Shown here: one piece after another, positions 58,002 to 64,000 of the stretch | Position numbering within the stretch: the first letter of the stretch is position 1 | How the letters are laid out: the number at the start of each line of letters is the position of its first letter | Origin: Candidatus Thorarchaeota archaeon | Lineage (GTDB): Archaea; Asgardarchaeota; Thorarchaeia; Thorarchaeales; Thorarchaeaceae | Direction: 5' to 3' | DNA: 64,000 nt | Assembly (NCBI GenBank): GCA_048882325.1 | Contig: JBHLRS010000010.1 | Location: forward strand, 1 to 64,000 | Made by a program: the position numbers and the translations under genes | Notes under the pieces: generated by a model | Databases searched by the model: none | What the model was told of the DNA's origin: nothing | What the model saw: only the letters and a program-made list of their open reading frames with translations

Positions 58002-58820
58002 CTATTTTTCGACAGCCTTCGAACGAGTTCCTGTTGCTTTTTCAAGGTCGGAGATGGCATCTTCAACATCTTTCTTTATCCTTTCAGCGTCCAAACCTCT
58101 AGCTGAAACCCAGACCTTGATCCCCTTTGATGTGCCATAGGGTTTTGGTAGCGATTTTATGTATACGGTAGGGATCTTCTTCATTACCGAGTCGATAGCA
58201 GGTGCAAAAACTGACTCGTCTTTCATCTCGAATTCAACTATCTGTTCATAGAATTTCTGAACCACATTTTCTTTAATCCAAGGGACAACAGAGTCATTAA
58301 AAATAAATTTCAACTCAGATGGTACACCCGGCAGGCAGAATATTGTTGTCTTCCGGTCATTAATCCTAACGCCAGGTGCTCCACCCACACGATTGTCTAA
58401 TGGAATCGCTCCTTCAGGTAATTGAGCCATCTTCTTTCTTGCATCAGTGAGATCTGATGTTTTTACAATACCTTTCCCATGAAGGACTTTGTACTGTCGC
58501 TCGATAATCTTCAGAGCTTCTTCGTTCTCAACAAGGTTTCTTTTTAGGGCTACTGCAATTGCTTTCAAGGTCATGTCATCATGGGTTGGACCGAGTCCGC
58601 CTGATGTTATGATGATGTCACAATTCTCTCGCACAAACTCCAATGCCTTTCCAATTTCCTCGATTTCATCGCGGACGGATACTAATCGTCGAATATCCAC
58701 GCCTAATGGAACAAGGTTCGTTTCCATCCAATGGCAATTTGTTTCCAGAACAATCCCATCAAGGAGTTCATTTCCAATCGCAAGGAAACCCACAGTCAAG
58801 GATTTCTTATTTGTGACCAT
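58002..58820 (-). CDS. CinA N-terminal/COG1058 molybdopterin-binding-fold protein
   Basis: IGNELLDG...TN, SGGLGPTHDDMT, GGAPG, LPGVPSE. Confidence 0.9.
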   Translation of the reverse strand: MVTNKKSLTVGFLAIGNELLDGIVLETNCHWMETNLVPLGVDIRRLVSVRDEIEEIGKALEFVRENCDIIITSGGLGPTHDDMTLKAIAVALKRNLVENEEALKIIERQYKVLHGKGIVKTSDLTDARKKMAQLPEGAIPLDNRVGGAPGVRINDRKTTIFCLPGVPSELKFIFNDSVVPWIKENVVQKFYEQIVEFEMKDESVFAPAIDSVMKKIPTVYIKSLPKPYGTSKGIKVWVSARGLDAERIKKDVEDAISDLEKATGTRSKAVEK

Positions 58821-58823
58821 GAT

Positions 58824-59489
58824 CTACACATCCTTATTCTCTGGTTGCAATTCTGCATCGAGGTGTTCGATTAGTGTCTTGAACGTATCAAGACGCTCTG
58901 CAGCTATTTTCTTTCCGCGCTTGGTCACCATGCATGCAACAATGTCAGTGGCTAGAGGGATGAACTCGTGAAGGCTTTCCACTATCTCGCTTATGCTTCT
59001 TCCAGGAAATAGCCGGATACCATTCAGTAACCCTTGAGTGAATCCAATCATTCCAAGCTTCAGCAGCTTGTCCGCTTCCCAAAGAATTTGCGCTTCTATT
59101 GGTTCGAGAGGTTCTTTAATTGTTAGACCAACGTGCTTCTCGATGACATCAGCTACATGTTCAATCGTATTTTGATTCACCTTTTCAGCACTGAGTATCT
59201 CCTTTGCCATCTCTGCACTAGCAACACCATGATGTTCTGCAGGAATGCCTCCAATCCCTGGTTTTGCTAAGTCATGCAACCACGCTGCAAGTGTTATAAC
59301 CTTGAGGTCAGCCTCAGTTCCTGTCGCCAAGACTTTCGCAAGGTCTACCACCTCATCAATATGGTCCAATCGGTAGTTATAGAGTGGAACTAATTGCTTC
59401 TCAGCTGCAGTACTCCACTCTTCCTTAGCCGCTTTTCGTGTTGATGTCTCGACAATCTCTCTGAGTTTCTTCTCGATATCAGTAGTCAT
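58824..59489 (-). CDS. HD-domain phosphohydrolase
   Basis: DHI..V, AAWLHDLAK, EHH, EADKL. Confidence 0.88.
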   Translation of the reverse strand: MTTDIEKKLREIVETSTRKAAKEEWSTAAEKQLVPLYNYRLDHIDEVVDLAKVLATGTEADLKVITLAAWLHDLAKPGIGGIPAEHHGVASAEMAKEILSAEKVNQNTIEHVADVIEKHVGLTIKEPLEPIEAQILWEADKLLKLGMIGFTQGLLNGIRLFPGRSISEIVESLHEFIPLATDIVACMVTKRGKKIAAERLDTFKTLIEHLDAELQPENKDV

Positions 59490-59534
59490 TTTTGGTCAGC
59501 ATATGTTCACAGTATTGACCTACTTATCAAAGTA

Positions 59535-60302
59535 TCAATGGGTTCTGATTTTTGAATAGAGCCTCAATGTGTTCTCAAGAGTTATCTCACGAACCTCCTC
59601 TTCATCTCTTCTCAACAATCGGGAGATTTCTCGAACAACAAGGGGTAAATTAGAAGGCACATTTCGTTCGCCCCTTTCAGGCGCAAGAACTGGACTGTCT
59701 GTTTCAATGAGAAGACGTTCAATAGCTACTGCTTTCACAAGTTTCTGTTTTTGGGGGGACCTAACCACTGATGTTGGGATTGAGAAATAGTATCCGAGGT
59801 CTCTTGAGGCAACTCGTGCTAGACTGGCTTTCCCATCGAATGCATGTAGATGTACATCTCGGGCGTTGTTTTCTTCTAGTATTTCAAGAGCTTTCTTACC
59901 AGCAGAACGTGAGTGGACCTGGATTGGAATTTTCATAAGGTCTGCAAGACCAACCAGTTTCTCAAAACAAGCCCTCTGCTTCTTTCGCTCTTCATGATCC
60001 CTTACAAGATAGTGATCAAGGCCAGTTTCTCCGATTGATATGAATCTGTCACTATTAGACTCAATCCAATCAATCGCTTGAGGACATATATCATATTGAG
60101 TGGGATTAAGCCCAACTGATGCGTATACATTTTTGTACTTCTCAGCAATCTTACATGCTTTGTTCCAAGATGCCTTTTCAATACCAGATGTTATAATAGA
60201 GATATCTAGTTCACGAGCGGTTTCAATAATAGAATCCCGGTCTGAGTCAAATTCCTTCGTTTCAAGGTGACAGTGCGAATCAACATATCGTGGTTCGGTC
60301 AC
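59535..60302 (-). CDS. tatD: TatD-family nuclease
   Basis: DSHCH, IGETGLD, VHSR, LHAF, LLIETDSP. Confidence 0.93.
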   Translation of the reverse strand: MTEPRYVDSHCHLETKEFDSDRDSIIETARELDISIITSGIEKASWNKACKIAEKYKNVYASVGLNPTQYDICPQAIDWIESNSDRFISIGETGLDHYLVRDHEERKKQRACFEKLVGLADLMKIPIQVHSRSAGKKALEILEENNARDVHLHAFDGKASLARVASRDLGYYFSIPTSVVRSPQKQKLVKAVAIERLLIETDSPVLAPERGERNVPSNLPLVVREISRLLRRDEEEVREITLENTLRLYSKIRTH

Positions 60303-60314
60303 ACCATGTCATCT

Positions 60315-62165
60315 CTATGACTTAATGTCAAACCAGTCAGGATACTCTGGAACACCTCTAGTCCCAAAGTCATAGTTCCAGAAGACCATCTTGTTCTCAC
60401 CTTGCTTTCTCTCAAACTCAGCCTCAACGAATAACCGTTCGACTGCCTCATTTCGGTCAGTCTTAATATACTTCCCAACAAGAGTGCTAGCACCCTGTTT
60501 CTTAGCTTCATTCATCAAATAGGTAAGGAATGTCTTCTCAACAGTTTTTCCCATTGCTCGACATGAGAAAGTGAGGACCTCCATATTCCACTTGCTATCT
60601 TGTTTGCGGACTAGTGACACTCCGATCAGGCCATACTCTCCATACTTATCGTCAAGATTGACAACATAGATCTTATAGTCATCAGACTTGTAGAAGTCAA
60701 GAATCTGTTCCTTTGTATAGCGGATTGCCGTTGCATTCAACTGGTTGGTCCTTAGGATCAACTCAGTCACTCTACCCAGATTCTCTGGTTTCGCTTCGCG
60801 CATCCAGAGTTGCATGTTACACGCTCGTAGGAATGATTCTTTGTCGAAAAACTGTCTCTCTACACTATCTCTCATTGCCTGCTGAGCGTACATCATGACT
60901 CTCTTCGAACTTTCCTCTGTTATCTTGCCAACAGGTTCAAACTCTACTCTATTCAGAGCATGAAGAATCTCCGTGTCTGGCAGAACAAGTACCTCTGGCA
61001 AGAATGTCTTGATCTGGTCTCTTTCATACGGATTGTCATCAAAGAAAGCAATAGAGTCAATACCAATATTGAGTTCTTTGGCAATCTCTGCAAGGTTTTG
61101 CGCTTTGTCATTCCAATTTATCTTCTTAATGGCAAAGAGCTTGGAACTATCACCCAATATCTCATCCACTAAAGGAACCAATGTGCTGTCATTCTTGCTC
61201 GAGATTGCTAGGATAATTCCTCGTTTAGTAAGTAGCTCGAGTGCCTTCAAACGATTAGGGTGAAGATTAATCCCTTCGACACCATCATCTCTGAGAATCC
61301 CATCCCAAAGCGTATTATCAAGGTCTATCACTGCGCATTTGATGCGTCTTCCGTGTCCTGTGATTACCTTGAGATGGTTAATCAGGTCATGCGCAACGGT
61401 GACAGCCCCTTCTTGAGTAAGATGCTCATAAATGCCATCCGCATCACTCTCTCGGATTTGATGGCCCACACCAGCAGATAGGAATGCTTCATCTATTGAG
61501 AGGACATAGATATCCTCTTCATTCTTACTCATCTCTAAGTACATGAGGTCAAGATGTATGAGAAATTCTCGGAGACTGTAGGCATTGCTAAGATGCTTGT
61601 AGTCAAATCTTCCATGTGCTGGTCGGATTGTCAGGGGATAATTCATCACAATGTAAACAGCTGAGAGCTTATCCCGAGCGACTTTAATTCCTTCTAGGAT
61701 TCTATCCCTTGCTTGCATCAATTGCTCTTTTTGCCTAGTAAAATCAGTTGCACCATGCTGAATATCAAAGATGTAGTTTCTAATGTCTTGGACATCACTC
61801 ACAACAACGACACTTGGCGCAAATGAATAAAGTCCTCCCTTCTCGTCATTAAATGCCAGAAATGGATTTGATGGTTCACTATGATCAAATGTGTGATAGC
61901 ATTGAGCACCGTTCGCCTCTAGGTACTCTTTCATGAATGATAATTCACATCCCCCCACAAAGCCAATCTTTTGAGTAGAAAGGAACTCTCTGTCCGCCTC
62001 AGTTGCTTCAGCAGACATAGGAGGTCTAGCAGCTCTTCGTGTTTCCTCTGTGAGTCTTCGAATGATGTAGTTCCTATATTTCCTATCTCGGACTAGTCTT
62101 CTGACAATGTTCAGCATTCTCTGGACCTGCACATTCTTCACCATTGTCTTGTCTAGTTCCACCAA
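60315..62165 (-). CDS. FkbH-like HAD-IIIC glyceryl transferase/phosphatase with C-terminal GNAT-like domain
   Basis: KCAVIDLDNTLWDG, SSKN, INWNDK, FFDDNPYER, RTNQLN, DKYGEYG, SCRAMGK. Confidence 0.9.
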   Translation of the reverse strand: MVELDKTMVKNVQVQRMLNIVRRLVRDRKYRNYIIRRLTEETRRAARPPMSAEATEADREFLSTQKIGFVGGCELSFMKEYLEANGAQCYHTFDHSEPSNPFLAFNDEKGGLYSFAPSVVVVSDVQDIRNYIFDIQHGATDFTRQKEQLMQARDRILEGIKVARDKLSAVYIVMNYPLTIRPAHGRFDYKHLSNAYSLREFLIHLDLMYLEMSKNEEDIYVLSIDEAFLSAGVGHQIRESDADGIYEHLTQEGAVTVAHDLINHLKVITGHGRRIKCAVIDLDNTLWDGILRDDGVEGINLHPNRLKALELLTKRGIILAISSKNDSTLVPLVDEILGDSSKLFAIKKINWNDKAQNLAEIAKELNIGIDSIAFFDDNPYERDQIKTFLPEVLVLPDTEILHALNRVEFEPVGKITEESSKRVMMYAQQAMRDSVERQFFDKESFLRACNMQLWMREAKPENLGRVTELILRTNQLNATAIRYTKEQILDFYKSDDYKIYVVNLDDKYGEYGLIGVSLVRKQDSKWNMEVLTFSCRAMGKTVEKTFLTYLMNEAKKQGASTLVGKYIKTDRNEAVERLFVEAEFERKQGENKMVFWNYDFGTRGVPEYPDWFDIKS

Positions 62166-63040
62166 TCAGGATGTATCAGAACCTGCACAATCTGACCTGG
62201 TTTAGCTTCATATATTCTGTCAAAGAGGTAATTACTGCCCAGTCTGCTTAAACGCTTCCCTCCTGCATCACTGAGGTACATATCATATTTCATGTCATAT
62301 GCAGATGAAACCTTCAGAGCTATTTTGTCCACACTATCCCAGATAGTTCGATTTTTGTAGTGTTTTTGACCATGTGCAGCTACTGCACTTACCGGAGCAA
62401 TCTCACGTAGTTTTTCAATATCCGACTTGAGGAGCTCGATTGCCTCCTGTTTGTTTCCCTTAGCAACACTTAGCGTTTCATAATGCAGACCAATTCGAAA
62501 ACCACTTTCCGCCAGATGAGCTACTATAGGCCGAGCTTCTTCGAAGCTATATTTCTCTGCATGAAGTCTAAAGAAGTAGGTCGAATGGATTCCATATTTC
62601 TTCTCAATCTCAGACATCTTCACAGTTCTTGATAACGAGATGTCAACATCATGACGTAAGCATACATTTACTCTCTCTGGGTCAATGTGTCCTTCAACAT
62701 AATCATCAAGTGAGATAATCGAGAATGCTTCGGACTTCAGACCCTCGAGCAACTCCTTGAATCTAGCAAATGAATAATCGGACCACCATATCATTGAGTA
62801 AGGTATCAAAGGCAGAATGATTAGGAACCCAATAAATCTGAGCCACATCGCTACCAGGAATTCAAACCAATTCCAAGTAGCATAAACCGCGATAAGGTAT
62901 GATGCAACAATTAGAAACGGGTATAACCGAACCATGTCGAATATCTGTGTAGCATAGCGGTATTGTTTCACAAGCGAGAAGATTACAAATCCAAATATCG
63001 CAATTGACAATCCCAGCAACAATACCTCAACAGGTTCCAT
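62153..63040 (-). CDS. Membrane-anchored polysaccharide-deacetylase-like protein
   Basis: Three N-terminal TM helices; LRHDVD, STYFF, IGLHYE, AAHG, LSD.GG, LIHPDWW. Confidence 0.72.
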   Translation of the reverse strand: MEPVEVLLLGLSIAIFGFVIFSLVKQYRYATQIFDMVRLYPFLIVASYLIAVYATWNWFEFLVAMWLRFIGFLIILPLIPYSMIWWSDYSFARFKELLEGLKSEAFSIISLDDYVEGHIDPERVNVCLRHDVDISLSRTVKMSEIEKKYGIHSTYFFRLHAEKYSFEEARPIVAHLAESGFRIGLHYETLSVAKGNKQEAIELLKSDIEKLREIAPVSAVAAHGQKHYKNRTIWDSVDKIALKVSSAYDMKYDMYLSDAGGKRLSRLGSNYLFDRIYEAKPGQIVQVLIHPDWWN

Positions 63041-63101
63041 TGTCCTGATTCCTTCCTAGCTGCTCACAAGTTTGACTTGATATAATCATTATGTCAAGAC
63101 A

Positions 63102-63989
63102 CTAGTTGTACTCGTACCCCTTTAAAAACTGGAACTCTTTTACACGCTCGAGGGTCTTCTTGATGAGATCATCATTCCATTCAGAGGTATCTCTTGTCGT
63201 CTTAGGTCTGTCAAAAAGAATGTCTGCACAGGCTTGTAGGTAGTCATCAGGTGCTTCGATACCAAGGAAATTGCAAACACTCTTCATTATTGTCTTTGAA
63301 TCGTTGATAAGATCCTCAAGTTTGAATTCCAAGAAGAGAGTTGAATCTATTTCCTTCTTCAACTTCTCAACCGTTTCACAAAGCGAGAAGTAGAAATCGA
63401 TTGCTGTTGGTAGGTCAAGATTCTGTCTTTTACTGATTGTACTAATATTGTCGAATGGGTTTCTGACTACGTGAATGATATAGACTGGCATATCAACCTC
63501 TTGTTCCAGAGCGTCAAGGAGGTTTGGAGAATCTTGCAAGCGTTGTGTACTCATCCCCCCCTTCTTATCCCCAATTACTATGAGTTCATGGTCATAGGTA
63601 CCCTGCCATTGCCCCTTCACATCATATGCATATCCCGTCCAGGATCTCCCTGTCTTCGAGAATTCATGGGAATTCCTTTGCATCATGTAAAAGAGACGCT
63701 CTTTGCTATAACCCCATTCCACAAAACCCAAGGCATCTAATTCATGCGCAATGATCGCCTTCGGGTGTGCATCAATGAGAGACCCAACCAGACTGTGTCC
63801 GCTTCGGGGGTATCCAACAAACATGCAATACTTCTTCACTTGCCGATAGAGTTTCCTGTGTCTGAATCCACCAATCCTTGTGATGAATGATAGAAGGAAC
63901 CGTCTTGCAAAGGTATACTTCGCAAGTCTGTTCAAAATACGAAGTCCAGTTCCTCTGACTCGTCTAGGAAAGAGAATCTCGTTCAGCAT
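63102..63989 (-). CDS. Sulfotransferase family protein
   Basis: PAPS 5'-loop GYPRSGHSL..SLIDAHP, GDK, IHVVRNPFDNIST, EDL. The true start may lie at or beyond the window edge. Confidence 0.85.
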   Translation of the reverse strand: MLNEILFPRRVRGTGLRILNRLAKYTFARRFLLSFITRIGGFRHRKLYRQVKKYCMFVGYPRSGHSLVGSLIDAHPKAIIAHELDALGFVEWGYSKERLFYMMQRNSHEFSKTGRSWTGYAYDVKGQWQGTYDHELIVIGDKKGGMSTQRLQDSPNLLDALEQEVDMPVYIIHVVRNPFDNISTISKRQNLDLPTAIDFYFSLCETVEKLKKEIDSTLFLEFKLEDLINDSKTIMKSVCNFLGIEAPDDYLQACADILFDRPKTTRDTSEWNDDLIKKTLERVKEFQFLKGYEYN

Positions 63990-64000
63990 CTTGGAATCGG

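Noticed and set aside
674-63740. Numerous 60-160-aa antisense or alternate-frame ORFs (e.g. 58489-58971, 6801-7205, 53555-53959)
   Set aside because: They are shadows of well-supported genes, with Ser/Pro-rich composition and no motifs.
1-64000. Selenoprotein read-through, CRISPR arrays, tRNA/rRNA, transposases, inteins, DGR
   Set aside because: By eye I saw no in-frame TGA at a Cys-equivalent site, no regularly spaced repeats, no cloverleaf and no transposase or RT motifs. tRNAscan and Infernal were not run.

Overview
Gene-dense archaeal chromosomal segment with about 65 CDS. It is most consistent with an Asgard archaeon, probably Thorarchaeia. This assignment is an inference from archaeal housekeeping genes co-occurring with eukaryote-like proteins and with permuted family-5 solute-binding proteins. 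I found no rRNA, tRNA, CRISPR array or transposase. Contents in order: 3' end of uvrA; three tandem circularly permuted OppA/DppA-family binding proteins with no permease or ATPase nearby; uvrC; a tandem ferredoxin duplication; a membrane-anchored PLD-family protein; nucleotide salvage and house-cleaning genes; a PRMT-like methyltransferase; a DHH/RecJ nuclease; a HerA/FtsK-like ATPase; an Ost5/TMEM258 homologue; an ASH-Ski2-type helicase; a 1422-aa Asp-box propeller surface protein; a beta-CASP nuclease; EndoQ; NreA; an orphan T2SSF-fold protein; a 40-aa desulforedoxin missed by the ORF track; two tandem Rpo5 genes carrying the eukaryotic RPB5-type N-terminal domain; and the distal end of a sulfotransferase / deacetylase-like / FkbH operon. 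The strongest leads are the duplicated full-length RPB5-like subunits outside the rpo operon, the PRMT-like enzyme, the permuted SBP array, and the ferredoxin pair (Cys-to-Glu ligand swap, a 103-bp identical tract and a conserved structured 3' element). All assignments come from motif recognition by eye; no database searches were run.
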